Source: Candidatus Dormiibacterota bacterium
GTDB taxonomy: Bacteria > Chloroflexota > Dormibacteria > Aeolococcales > Bog-877
Length of the DNA: 64,000 nucleotides
Assembly (NCBI GenBank): GCA_035534915.1
Contig: DATLQZ010000111.1
Location: 90,446-154,445, forward strand
Reading direction: 5' to 3'
A program made the translations under genes and the position numbers. Under the pieces are notes generated by a model that did not search any database, had not been told where the DNA came from, and worked only from the letters and a program-made list of their open reading frames with translations. Below are positions 44,919-54,408 of the stretch, one piece after another; position 1 is the first letter of the stretch, and every line of letters starts with the position of its first letter.

Positions 44919-46277
44919 TCAGCCCGATGAGTTCGCCAGCGCGAAGTCGACCCGTTGGGTCAGCAGCTGCAAGTGGGTGCTCGGCAACACGGCATAGGGA
45001 GCGGGGCTCTGCAATCCCTTTAGCGAGTCCGGCAGCTCCCGCCATTGCACCTCGAAGTGGTCGGCCGCCTGCGCCAGCGACCGAGCGCCGGCCGTGGTCC
45101 GTTCGCCGCCCCGCATGACCTCCTCGAGGAGAGCAATGTGATCGTCATCAGGTACGGGCTCCTCGGCTAGAGCCAGGGTGTCGCCGCTCCAAGAGATCTG
45201 CCGGAATACCTGCTTCGCGCCCGGCCAGATGGCCTTGCCAGCCGACGTCTTGCGGACGGGCCGGCCGTCATGAACCACTAGCTTGTAGACCGTCTCCAGG
45301 GTCGGAACATTGCCGGCAGCACCCAGGGAGGTGCCCACGCCGAATCCATCGATTGGGGCCTGCTCGACCGTCAGCAGCTGCTGGATCCGGTGTTCATCGA
45401 GCCCACCGCTGACGAAGACGATCAGGTTGGGGAACCCCGCCGAGTCCAGCTTGGTGCGGGCAAGGCGGGCCAGTTGCGCCAGGTCGCCCGAATCGATCCG
45501 GATGCCGCGCAGCTCCACCCGTCGCTGTCGCATCTCTAGAGCAACCTCGATAGCCCGATCGATGCCGCGCTCGGCGTCGTAGGTGTCGACCAAGAGGAGT
45601 GAGCGCTCCTTGAAGGCTTCGGCGAAGCGCCGGAAAGCAGTCGTTTCGTCGACGTGGGCCTGAACGAAGGAGTGGGCCATCGTCCCGCTAGCCGGTAGGC
45701 GGTAGCGGTCCGCGCCGGCCACGTTGCTGGTTCCGTCCAGGCCAACCAGTCGGGAACAGCGAGCCAACTTCATACCCGCGTCCACGCCGGGGGCCCTACG
45801 GAGGGAGAAGTCGATCACCGCTCGACCTTGCGCGGCATGACGGCAGCGGGCGGCCTCCGTCGCCAGTCCGGTCTGGAGGGTGATCTGATTCAGAAGAAAG
45901 GTCTCAGCGAGCTGAGCGGTGGCAAGGGGGCCTTCGACCTCAAGGATTGGCTCTCCGGGGAAGACGATGCTGCCCTCGCGTACGGCCCGGACGGAGCCCT
46001 CGAACCTCACCGTCGAGAGCCAGCCGAGAAAGTCCTGCGAGAACCCTCCCAAGCGCTCGATCGCGGCCAGGTCCGAGGGCCCAAACCGCAGACCCTCCAA
46101 CCAGTCCAGGCAGTCGGCCAGCCCGGCGGCGACGAGATATCCCCAGCCATCGGGAAGTGACCGAGCGAAAAGGCTGAAGGTGGCCCGCTCATCCGCCATG
46201 CCCTCGATCCGGTAGGCATCGGCCATGGTCAGTTCATACAGGTCCAGCAGCAGGGCTGGCGAAACGTCTTTTGTCAT
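44919..46277 (-). CDS. pncB: nicotinate phosphoribosyltransferase
   Basis: LLDLYELTMADAY, ATFSLFARSLP, GTMAHSF, RIDSGD and FVSGGLDE. Confidence 0.9.
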   Translation of the reverse strand: MTKDVSPALLLDLYELTMADAYRIEGMADERATFSLFARSLPDGWGYLVAAGLADCLDWLEGLRFGPSDLAAIERLGGFSQDFLGWLSTVRFEGSVRAVREGSIVFPGEPILEVEGPLATAQLAETFLLNQITLQTGLATEAARCRHAAQGRAVIDFSLRRAPGVDAGMKLARCSRLVGLDGTSNVAGADRYRLPASGTMAHSFVQAHVDETTAFRRFAEAFKERSLLLVDTYDAERGIDRAIEVALEMRQRRVELRGIRIDSGDLAQLARLARTKLDSAGFPNLIVFVSGGLDEHRIQQLLTVEQAPIDGFGVGTSLGAAGNVPTLETVYKLVVHDGRPVRKTSAGKAIWPGAKQVFRQISWSGDTLALAEEPVPDDDHIALLEEVMRGGERTTAGARSLAQAADHFEVQWRELPDSLKGLQSPAPYAVLPSTHLQLLTQRVDFALANSSG

Positions 46278-46343
46278 CGAGACCGAACTCCTATCCGCGC
46301 CGGACCAGCCTTGCGCTGGCCTCCAGATCGCCCCACAGCACTC

Positions 46344-47936
46344 TCACTCGGTAACTATGGACGCGAAGAGCCAATCCGGGTGCTCCGCCTGAAGCCGATC
46401 CAGCCAGAATGGGCTCTCGAAAGCGGCGAGCAAGGTTCCGTCGGTGCGGCGCAGGACCTTGACCCCGCGGATGGAGGACAGCGCCTTCGCGGTTTCCTGG
46501 TCGGTCCTTCGGGCGAGTCGGTGGGGAGTGTGTACCAGGTCGACCGGAGCTCCATATTCCGCCGCCAAACGATGGGTGAGGACCTCGAACTGCATCTCCC
46601 CGACGGCGGCCAGGATTGGAGCCGGATCCCCGTTGGGGTCCTGCAGCACCTGAACGACCCCTTCTTGTTCGAGTTGCTCAAGCCCTTTGCGGAACTGCTT
46701 GTAGCGGGATGAGTCCTTGGGGCGAGCGGTTGCAAAGAGTTCTGGAGCAAAGGTTGGGATCGCCGGAAACTCCACCGGGTCGGCGCTGTACAGGGTGTCG
46801 CCGATGCGCAGGTCGCTGGCGTTGACCAGGCCGACCACGTCCCCGGGGTAGGCGCGCTCGACGGTGTTTCGGTCGGCGCCGAACATCGAGGCGGCGTATT
46901 TGGTCCCGAATGCCCTGCCAGTAGGACCATGGGTGAGCTGCTCCCCGCGCTCGAACTCCCCCGAGCAGACTCGGACGAATGCGACGTGATCGCGGTGGGA
47001 GGGGTTCATGTTGGCCTGGATCTTGAAGACGAATCCTGAGAAAGGGGCGTCCAGTTCACGGAACTGCCCCTTGACATCCATCCGCGAGGCAGGCGGTGGC
47101 GCCAGATCGACGACGGCGTCCAGCAGATGACGCACGCCGAAGTTTGTGAGTGCGGAACCAACGAAAAGAGGGGTTGAGTCCCCTGCGAGGAAGGAATTGA
47201 GGTCGAGGTCATCCCCCACCCCTGAGAGGAGCTCGACCTCTTCCGCGCTGCCGATCCAAGCATCCCCCTCCTCAGCAACGGCGCGCTCCCGGGAGACCTC
47301 CTCCTCCGGTGCTATGCTGCTGCCCCGGGTGGTCCTGGTGAAGCGTATGAACGATCCGTCGCGGCGGTCGATCACCCCGCGGAAGTCGCCGGGGATGCCT
47401 ACCGGCCAGGTCACCGGGGTCGGACGCAGTCCGATCTTCTTCTGGATCTGGTCCAGCAACTCCAGAGGGGGGATTCCCGGTCGGTCGCACTTGTTGAGGA
47501 AGGTGATGATCGGTAATCGGCGGGCGCGACATACCTCAAACAGCTTCAGGGTCTGTGTCTCGATCCCCTTGGCGACGTCCAGAACCATCACCGCGGCGTC
47601 CGCCGCTGCCAGCACTCGGTAGGTGTCCTCGGAAAAGTCCCGGTGGCCGGGGGTATCCAACAGGTTGATGGTGTGGTCCCGGTAGGCGAATTGGAGTGCG
47701 GTGGAGGTGATCGAGATGCCGCGTTCCTGCTCCATGACCATCCAGTCGGAGGTCACCCGTCGCCGTCCCTCCCGGGCCCTCACAGCACCGGCGGCTTGAA
47801 CCGCCCCTGAGTAGAGCAGGAACTTCTCAGTGAGAGTCGTCTTCCCTGCGTCCGGGTGGCTGATGATCGCGAACGTGCGCCGGAGCGCCGCGCTTGCGAG
47901 CACCGAGCTGCGCTGTTCGAGGAGCGCCTCAGCCAT
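46344..47936 (-). CDS. prfC: peptide chain release factor 3
   Basis: RRTFAIISHPDAGKTTLTEKFLLYSGA, LLDTPGH and FLNKCDR. 530 aa. Confidence 0.95.
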   Translation of the reverse strand: MAEALLEQRSSVLASAALRRTFAIISHPDAGKTTLTEKFLLYSGAVQAAGAVRAREGRRRVTSDWMVMEQERGISITSTALQFAYRDHTINLLDTPGHRDFSEDTYRVLAAADAAVMVLDVAKGIETQTLKLFEVCRARRLPIITFLNKCDRPGIPPLELLDQIQKKIGLRPTPVTWPVGIPGDFRGVIDRRDGSFIRFTRTTRGSSIAPEEEVSRERAVAEEGDAWIGSAEEVELLSGVGDDLDLNSFLAGDSTPLFVGSALTNFGVRHLLDAVVDLAPPPASRMDVKGQFRELDAPFSGFVFKIQANMNPSHRDHVAFVRVCSGEFERGEQLTHGPTGRAFGTKYAASMFGADRNTVERAYPGDVVGLVNASDLRIGDTLYSADPVEFPAIPTFAPELFATARPKDSSRYKQFRKGLEQLEQEGVVQVLQDPNGDPAPILAAVGEMQFEVLTHRLAAEYGAPVDLVHTPHRLARRTDQETAKALSSIRGVKVLRRTDGTLLAAFESPFWLDRLQAEHPDWLFASIVTE

Positions 47937-48259
47937 GGCAGACCACCTTGTCGTCCTGGGTGCCCTGCCGGGGGACCATCAGGCCTGGAGACGTCCCGGG
48001 ACCTCTGTCAAGTGACCAAGGAACAGCACGGACCGGCGCTTCGGAAGTCAACCGGTAGACCAGGTGAGTGGCTGCCGAGGACACGTCTACTACCTCTGAA
48101 TGGGCGGGGGAGGCTTACAGCGGTGCGCCCGTCCTACCTGGGCTCCGGCCTCTATGAACGTGCGACCGTCGGACAGGCACAGCTTGACTACTTTTAGTCT
48201 AACGACGGCCAGTAAGTGGCATCGAAACTCGTGGCACTGGTTGAGGCGAGCGCCGACAC

Positions 48260-48639
48260 TCACCCGCCGAGGGGGGGCTTGATCAGCTGGGGCCGGCCGT
48301 CGAGCTGGGCCGAAAGGGGTGGCTCGAAGCCGTGTTGCTTCAGCAGTTCCCGCGGGCCGGCCGTGAACACTTCCCATCGGGTCCCTCTCCTGCGCACCAA
48401 GACCTTGAGCGGCAGCGCCAGAGCGAGGTCGGGAAACTCCAACACAAGGGGGACCGTACGCGGACTGCGGAATAGGATTACAACACTGGTGGGCATGGAG
48501 ATGTCGACCGACAGCGCTGCGACGGAATGGTCCCCACCCCGAAGACCGTCATACCAGCCGCTTCGGCGGCAGCAAGACCATTTTGACTTGCCTAAGGAGC
48601 ACCCATCTCGCTCCTTAGGCGAATCCGAGCGCTTGCCAT
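48260..48639 (-). pseudogene. DUF302-domain gene disrupted by an in-frame TAG and a 1-nt frameshift in a G-run
   Basis: Three collinear pieces: MASARIRLRSEMGAP-TAG-ASQNGLAAAEAAGMTVFGV, a frame change at ttcggggtggggacc, then GDHSVAALSVDISMPTSVVILFRSPRTVPLVLEFPDLALALPLKVLV.... Together they follow the DUF302 pattern as I recall it (G..VFa.iDH...lrPt.lliFGnP..GTpLm...p..alDLPLK.LV). Confidence 0.55.
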
Positions 48640-48874
48640 TGTCTTCTCTCGGCGGCGGTCAACCGGCTGCTGCGGTGCAGTGTGCAGCTCCGCAACTCCT
48701 ATGACCATAGGGCGGTCCCAGTGGAGCAGGGGGCCGTCGTCGCCCAGCGAGTATGCCCCGGGCGTGCCTTCGCAGAGGTGCTGGCCAACGCTTGCGTGCA
48801 CACGCAATTGGCTATGATGTGAGGAGTTAGGGACGTCAGTCGAGGCTAGCCGCGATTCCGCCCAGGAGGGCCGC

Positions 48875-49681
48875 ATGGCAGATTCGATAGGAACCGGTGC
48901 GCAGGTTCGGATTCCGGTGCTCTACCTTAGCCATGGTGCGCCCACCCTGGCAGATGACGCGCAGTGGACCGATCAGTTGTCGCGGTGGTCGGCTGATCTG
49001 CCAAGACCGCGCGGGATTCTGATCGTCTCAGCCCACTGGGAGGCTGCTCCTCTGACCATCTCCGCGACCTCGACGGTGCCTCTGGTCTATGACTTTTGGG
49101 GCTTCCCGCAGCACTACTATCAGGTCAGTTACCCCGCTCCCGGCGCGCCCTGGTTGGCGGAGCGGGTTACCCAGCTGCTCTCGACCTCGGGGCAGGCCGT
49201 CCACCAGGCGCGGGAGCGTGGCCTTGATCACGGCGCCTACATCCCCTTGGTGGAGATGTATCCTGACGCGGACATCCCGGTTCTCCAGCTGTCCATGCCG
49301 ACTCTGGATCCTGAGACCCTTTTGCTCATGGGCAGACGGCTAGCGCCGCTTCGGAACGAGGGGGTCCTCATCATCGGCAGTGGCTTCTTTACTCACAATC
49401 TGCACGCTCTCCGGGAAGCGCCCGAAGCTGACTCCAGCCCGCCTGCGTGGTCGGCGGAGTTCGACCAATGGGGTCAGGAGGCGTTGAGCAGCCGGGACGT
49501 CGACGCCTTGTTGGACTTCGAACACAAGGCCCCATCTGGCAAGCTGGCCCACCCTCGCACCGAGCACTTCGCCCCGCTGTTTGTGACGCTGGGAGCCGGG
49601 GATGTCGACCTCGACCATGGTCGGACCGTGATAGACGGCTTCTGGCACGGGTTGGCAAAGCGCTCGATCCAGATCGGGTGA
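48875..49681 (+). CDS. class III extradiol dioxygenase (4,5-DOPA dioxygenase / YgiD-like)
   Basis: PVLYLSHGAPTL, ILIVSAHWE, VYDFWGFPQHYYQVSYPAPG, GLDHGAYIPL and ADIPVLQLS. Confidence 0.85.
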   Translation: MADSIGTGAQVRIPVLYLSHGAPTLADDAQWTDQLSRWSADLPRPRGILIVSAHWEAAPLTISATSTVPLVYDFWGFPQHYYQVSYPAPGAPWLAERVTQLLSTSGQAVHQARERGLDHGAYIPLVEMYPDADIPVLQLSMPTLDPETLLLMGRRLAPLRNEGVLIIGSGFFTHNLHALREAPEADSSPPAWSAEFDQWGQEALSSRDVDALLDFEHKAPSGKLAHPRTEHFAPLFVTLGAGDVDLDHGRTVIDGFWHGLAKRSIQIG

Positions 49682-49712
49682 GGCCGTTGAGATGTCCACG
49701 GGGCCCTAGGAT

Positions 49713-49946
49713 TTGGGGGTGCCCGCTGCAGCCCCCAGACCGCTGGGGACCCCTCATCCGGACCGCTTGAGCCCTTCCCAGCCGGAGTACCTCAAGATTC
49801 TTCAGGTCCACCGGGATGCGTTGGGTCGCGGAGACTCTTTCTACACCGACCCCGCGTCAGGTCTTCTGGTTCTGACCGCGGGTTACCTCCTGTCGCGCGG
49901 TAGCTGCTGTGGGCGAGACTGTCGCCACTGTCCCTATGTCAGTTAG
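49713..49946 (+). CDS. DUF5522-like small Cys-rich protein (assigned from memory)
   Basis: C-terminal YTDPASGLLVLTAGYLLSRGSCCGRDCRHCPY. Confidence 0.55.
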   Translation: MGVPAAAPRPLGTPHPDRLSPSQPEYLKILQVHRDALGRGDSFYTDPASGLLVLTAGYLLSRGSCCGRDCRHCPYVS

Positions 49947-50622
49947 CGCCCCAGGGACGGTGCCGCGCGTGCTCATGAGCTGGAGCTCTGGGAAGGACAG
50001 CGCGATGGCCTTGCATCTCTTGCGCGAGTCCGGTGCGGTGGAGGTCGTCGGGCTGCTGGTGACCTGCAACGCCTCGACGGACCGGGTCTCGATCCACGGA
50101 GTTCGGCGGGAGCTGGTCCGCGCCCAGGCGGGACGGCTTGGGCTGCCGCTGTTGGAGGTGGACCTGCCCAGTCCGTGCTCGAACGAGGTCTATGAGAGGA
50201 CCATGAGTCATAGGTTGGAGGCCGAAGCGGCTAAGGGAGTCGCCAGCATCGCCTTCGGAGACCTCTTCCTTGAGGATGTGCGGGCATACCGGGAGGCCCA
50301 GCTCAAAGCGGTTGGGATGACCGCTGCCTTCCCTCTGTGGGGCCGTCCTACGGGGGAGCTTGCGCGCGACCAGATACGGGTGGGGATCAGGGCCATCGTC
50401 ACTTGCGTCGACCCAAAGGCCGCTTCTCCCGAATTCGCCGGGCGCCACTTCGACTCTCCGCTGTTGGCCGAGCTGGGACCAGCGGTCGACCCCTGCGGCG
50501 AGAATGGCGAGTTCCACACCTTCGTCTGGGACTCTCCCGACTTCAGCTCCCCGATTCCTGTAACCGCCGGGGAGCGGGTGAAGCGGGATGGGTTCGTCTT
50601 CGCCGACCTGCTTCCCGGCTGA
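49936..50622 (+). CDS. Dph6-related (MJ0570-type) ATP pyrophosphatase, adenine nucleotide alpha-hydrolase superfamily
   Basis: PP-loop VLMSWSSGKDS. FGDLFLEDVRAYRE, PLWG, and DPCGENGEFHTFVWDSPDF. Start at the internal Met, overlapping the DUF5522-like ORF by 11 nt. Confidence 0.75.
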   Translation: MSVSAPGTVPRVLMSWSSGKDSAMALHLLRESGAVEVVGLLVTCNASTDRVSIHGVRRELVRAQAGRLGLPLLEVDLPSPCSNEVYERTMSHRLEAEAAKGVASIAFGDLFLEDVRAYREAQLKAVGMTAAFPLWGRPTGELARDQIRVGIRAIVTCVDPKAASPEFAGRHFDSPLLAELGPAVDPCGENGEFHTFVWDSPDFSSPIPVTAGERVKRDGFVFADLLPG

Positions 50623-50754
50623 CTGGGCGGTTTCGCCGAGTGTCCCGCTCGTTGGCGGTTCAGCCGGAGCGCGGGGCAGACCAACCGAGGTAGCGAGCAC
50701 CGCCTGTTGCTCTGCCCCTGGGCCCGTTCGCCGCGGCGCCCTTAGACTCGGGAT

Positions 50755-52197
50755 GTGGCGGGTGAGAGCTCGGAGGCGACTGGGGCCCTGGTCATCTTTG
50801 GGATCAGTGGTGACCTCGCGCGCAAGATGACCTTCCGCGCGCTTTACCGACTGGAGCGGAGGGGTCGTCTCAACTGCCCGGTGATCGGGGTTGCGATGGA
50901 CGATTGGACCGAGGACCAGCTGCGTGCCCATGCCCGGTCGGCGATCGAGGGGGAGGAGCCGCGCTTCTCACAGCGGGTCTTTGCCCGACTCGCACAGCGT
51001 CTCTCGTATATCAAAGGAGACTTCAGCGACCCGCAGACGTACGCTCGGCTATCGGAGCGCCTGCGGCAGGTGGAGAGGCCCTTGTACTACTTGGAGATAC
51101 CTCCGTCCTTGTTCGGCTTGGTCGTGAGCCATCTGGCTGACGCCGGTCTGATCAAGGACTCCAGGGTTATGGTCGAGAAGCCCTTTGGGCACGACCTGCT
51201 GTCGGCTCGGGAGCTGGACCGGCAGCTTCACGAGGTCTTGACAGAGGACCAGATTCTGCGCATCGACCACTTCTTGGGCAAGGAGCCGGTGATGGATCTG
51301 CAGTTTCTGCGCTTTGCCAATGACATATTGGAGCCGGTCTGGAACCGGGACCACGTGTCAGCGGTTCAGATCACGATGGCGGAGGACTTCGGGGTCGAGG
51401 ATCGGGGCGGCTTTTACGATGCAGTCGGGGCCATCCGAGACGTGGTCCAGAATCACCTGCTGCAGGTCCTCGCTCTGGTCGCGATGGAGCCGCCTGCTGG
51501 TGCTAACGCCGACGACCTCCGCAACAAAAAAGCTGACGTCTTTCGAGCCATGCCTCAAGCCGACCCGGACCACTGTGTCCGCGGCCAGTACCAAGGCTAC
51601 CGGAAGGTTGCTGGCGTTGATCGCCACTCCGCTACCGAGACCTATGCCGCCATGCGGTTGGCCATCGACAACTGGCGCTGGGCTGGAGTTCCGTTCTTCA
51701 TCCGGGCCGGCAAGGCTATGGCGGAGCGGGTGACCGAAGTGAGGATCATGTTCCGACATCCTCCGCACCTGGCATTTCTGGGCAGGAGCGCTCAGGCCGA
51801 GCCCAATCAGGTGGTCCTTCGAATCGACCCCGACCCCGGGCTGCGGATGGTCCTGAACTCTAAGGGGAGCGAGGGTCGCATCTCACAGCCGGTTCATCTC
51901 GACCTTTCTTTCGCCAAGGAGCTAGGCCGTCCCGCCGAGCCTTACGAGAGGCTGATTGACGCCGCACTTCGGGGGGACCACAAGTTGTTCACCAGGGAGG
52001 ACACTGTGGAGGAGACTTGGAGGATCGTGCAACCGCTGCTAGATTCGACAGGTCCAGTTATGGAGTATCAACCGGGAAGCTGGGGCCCATCTGAGGCTGC
52101 GCTTCTGGTCAGGGGGCACCCCTCCTGGCACGAGCCGTGGCTGGCCGCGATTCCCCCTGAAGTGGGCGCCCGGAGATCCCCTAGGAGGACGCGATGA
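50755..52197 (+). CDS. zwf: glucose-6-phosphate dehydrogenase
   Basis: LVIFGISGDLARKMTFRALY, RIDHFLGKEPV, RDVVQNHLLQVL and GVPFFIRAGK. Confidence 0.9.
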   Translation: MAGESSEATGALVIFGISGDLARKMTFRALYRLERRGRLNCPVIGVAMDDWTEDQLRAHARSAIEGEEPRFSQRVFARLAQRLSYIKGDFSDPQTYARLSERLRQVERPLYYLEIPPSLFGLVVSHLADAGLIKDSRVMVEKPFGHDLLSARELDRQLHEVLTEDQILRIDHFLGKEPVMDLQFLRFANDILEPVWNRDHVSAVQITMAEDFGVEDRGGFYDAVGAIRDVVQNHLLQVLALVAMEPPAGANADDLRNKKADVFRAMPQADPDHCVRGQYQGYRKVAGVDRHSATETYAAMRLAIDNWRWAGVPFFIRAGKAMAERVTEVRIMFRHPPHLAFLGRSAQAEPNQVVLRIDPDPGLRMVLNSKGSEGRISQPVHLDLSFAKELGRPAEPYERLIDAALRGDHKLFTREDTVEETWRIVQPLLDSTGPVMEYQPGSWGPSEAALLVRGHPSWHEPWLAAIPPEVGARRSPRRTR

Positions 52198-53228
52198 CGA
52201 GTTCAAGTCCGATGCAGTTGGGCATGGTCGGCCTCGGACGGATGGGCGCCAACATTGTGCGGCGTCTGATGCGCGACGGGCATAGCTGCGTGGTCTACGA
52301 CGTTGATCCCGCAGCGGTCAAGCGGCTGGAGGCTGAGGGCGCCCTGGGGGCAGCCTCAGTGGATGACTTCGTGGCCAAGCTATCCGTCCCTCGGGCCTCC
52401 TGGGTAATGGTCCCGGCCGGCGACATCACCGAAGCGACCGTAGCCGCGTTGGCGCAGCGGATGGCGCCTGGCGATATCGTCATCGACGGAGGCAATTCCT
52501 ACTATCGAGACGACATTAGGCGGGCTGCCGCGCTAGCGAAGACCGGCATCCATCTGGTTGACTGCGGAACCAGCGGTGGGGTATTCGGTCTGGAGCGAGG
52601 TTACTGCCTCATGATCGGCGGTGAGCAGGGTCCGGTGGAGCACCTGGACCCGATCTTTGCGTCGATCGCACCCGGTGTGGACTCCGCACCGCGGACCCCC
52701 GGGCGAGCGGGGGCCCCCTCGCACGCCGAGCAGGGTTATTTGCACTGCGGGCCCAACGGCGCCGGCCACTTCGTGAAGATGGTTCACAACGGCATCGAGT
52801 ACGGCATGATGGCGTCCCTCGCTGAGGGCCTGGACATACTCCATAACGCCAACGCTGGACTGCGAACCCAGAGCGCGGATGCCGAGACCGCTCCCATGGA
52901 CGAGCCTCAGTTCTACCGATACGAGATCGACACCACCGAGGTGTCGGAGTTGTGGCGCCGCGGGAGCGTGGTCGGCTCCTGGTTGCTGGATCTGACCGCG
53001 ATCGCGCTGCAGGAGTCGCCCACGCTCAGCGACTTCACCGGCAGGGTCTCCGACTCCGGGGAAGGACGCTGGACGTCGATCGCAGCCATCGATGAAGGAG
53101 TCCCCGCACCGGTGCTGACGGCGGCCCTCTACTCACGTTTCGGTTCGCGCAATCTTGGCGAGTTCGCCAACAAGGTGCTTTCGGCGATGCGCAAGCAGTT
53201 CGGGGGCCACGATGAGAAGGCATCCTGA
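52194..53228 (+). CDS. gnd: 6-phosphogluconate dehydrogenase, decarboxylating (short, about 340-aa type)
   Basis: MQLGMVGLGRMGANIVRRL, IDGGNSYY, GTSGGV, GAGHFVKMVHNGIEYG. ATGA overlap with zwf. Confidence 0.9.
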   Translation: MTSSSPMQLGMVGLGRMGANIVRRLMRDGHSCVVYDVDPAAVKRLEAEGALGAASVDDFVAKLSVPRASWVMVPAGDITEATVAALAQRMAPGDIVIDGGNSYYRDDIRRAAALAKTGIHLVDCGTSGGVFGLERGYCLMIGGEQGPVEHLDPIFASIAPGVDSAPRTPGRAGAPSHAEQGYLHCGPNGAGHFVKMVHNGIEYGMMASLAEGLDILHNANAGLRTQSADAETAPMDEPQFYRYEIDTTEVSELWRRGSVVGSWLLDLTAIALQESPTLSDFTGRVSDSGEGRWTSIAAIDEGVPAPVLTAALYSRFGSRNLGEFANKVLSAMRKQFGGHDEKAS

Positions 53229-53322
53229 GAGCGGGGCGGGCGCACTCGGGGGTGGCGTGCGGTCCTGGTCGAGCCCGCCGGATTCCGCGGTGGCAGCATC
53301 GAAGTGTGGTTGAGGAGACGAC

Positions 53323-54408
53323 GTGAACCCAGCCTTTAAGCTTCATCAGGCGGGCCAGAGCCTCTGGCTCGACAACATCACTCGCCAGCTTTTGGACGGC
53401 GGAGGGCTGGCGGCTCACATCGAACTTCGGGCGGTCACCGGGCTGACCTCGAATCCCACGATCTTTGACAAGGCGATCGAGAGCAGCGCCGCCTACGACT
53501 CTGACATCGCGGCGGGAATGGCTGATGGGCTCTCGAGCGAAGAGACCTTCTTTCGTCTTGCGATCGTCGACCTCACGCGGGCTGCCGACCTGTTCCTGCC
53601 GGTGCACCAGCGCACTGCCGGGGTGGATGGCTGGGTCTCCCTGGAGGTCTCACCGCTGCTGGTCGACGACGGGCCAAACACCATCGAGGCTGCGGTCACC
53701 CTGCATCACCGCGCGGAACGGGAAAACCTCTTCATCAAGATTCCCGGGACCCCGGCAGGCTTACAGGCGATCGAGGAGTCGATCTTTCGCGGGGTTCCCG
53801 TCAACGTGACCTTGCTATTCTCCGCAGCCCAGTATCTGGCTGCCGCTGAGGCGTACATGACAGGACTGGAGCGAAGGGTGGCCGCCGGCCTGGCTCCGGA
53901 TGTGCCCTCGGTTGCATCGGTGTTCGTGAGTCGTTGGGACACCGCGGTAAAAGGGAAGGTTCCTGACAATCTCCACGATATGGTTGGCATCGCTGCAGCC
54001 CACCAGGCCTACCGGAGTTACCGGCGACTGTTGGACTCCGAGCGGTGGCAGCGGTTGGCCAACGCCGGAGCTCGAGCGCAGAGAATACTATTCGCCAGCA
54101 CCTCGACCAAGGATCCCTCCTCTCCCGACATCCTTTATGTCAAGGCGTTGGCAGCTCCACACACCATCAATACCATGCCCGAGGAGACGCTGGTCGCCTT
54201 CGCAGACCACGGCCAGGTTGGAGAGATGCTGGCAGCCGACGGCGGTGACAGTGAGCTGGTGTTGGGCGGGCTCGCCGCGGCGGGCATGGACCCTCAAGAG
54301 CTCGCCACTCAGCTGCAGCTAGAGGGTGGGGCGTCGTTTGCCAAGTCCTGGCGAAGCCTGATCGCTTGTATCGACGGCAAACGCACCGAGGTGCGAGGCG
54401 GTGTCTGA
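53323..54408 (+). CDS. tal: transaldolase (long actinobacterial type)
   Basis: [42 protein letters not shown], and ASTSTKDP. Confidence 0.9.
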   Translation: MNPAFKLHQAGQSLWLDNITRQLLDGGGLAAHIELRAVTGLTSNPTIFDKAIESSAAYDSDIAAGMADGLSSEETFFRLAIVDLTRAADLFLPVHQRTAGVDGWVSLEVSPLLVDDGPNTIEAAVTLHHRAERENLFIKIPGTPAGLQAIEESIFRGVPVNVTLLFSAAQYLAAAEAYMTGLERRVAAGLAPDVPSVASVFVSRWDTAVKGKVPDNLHDMVGIAAAHQAYRSYRRLLDSERWQRLANAGARAQRILFASTSTKDPSSPDILYVKALAAPHTINTMPEETLVAFADHGQVGEMLAADGGDSELVLGGLAAAGMDPQELATQLQLEGGASFAKSWRSLIACIDGKRTEVRGGV

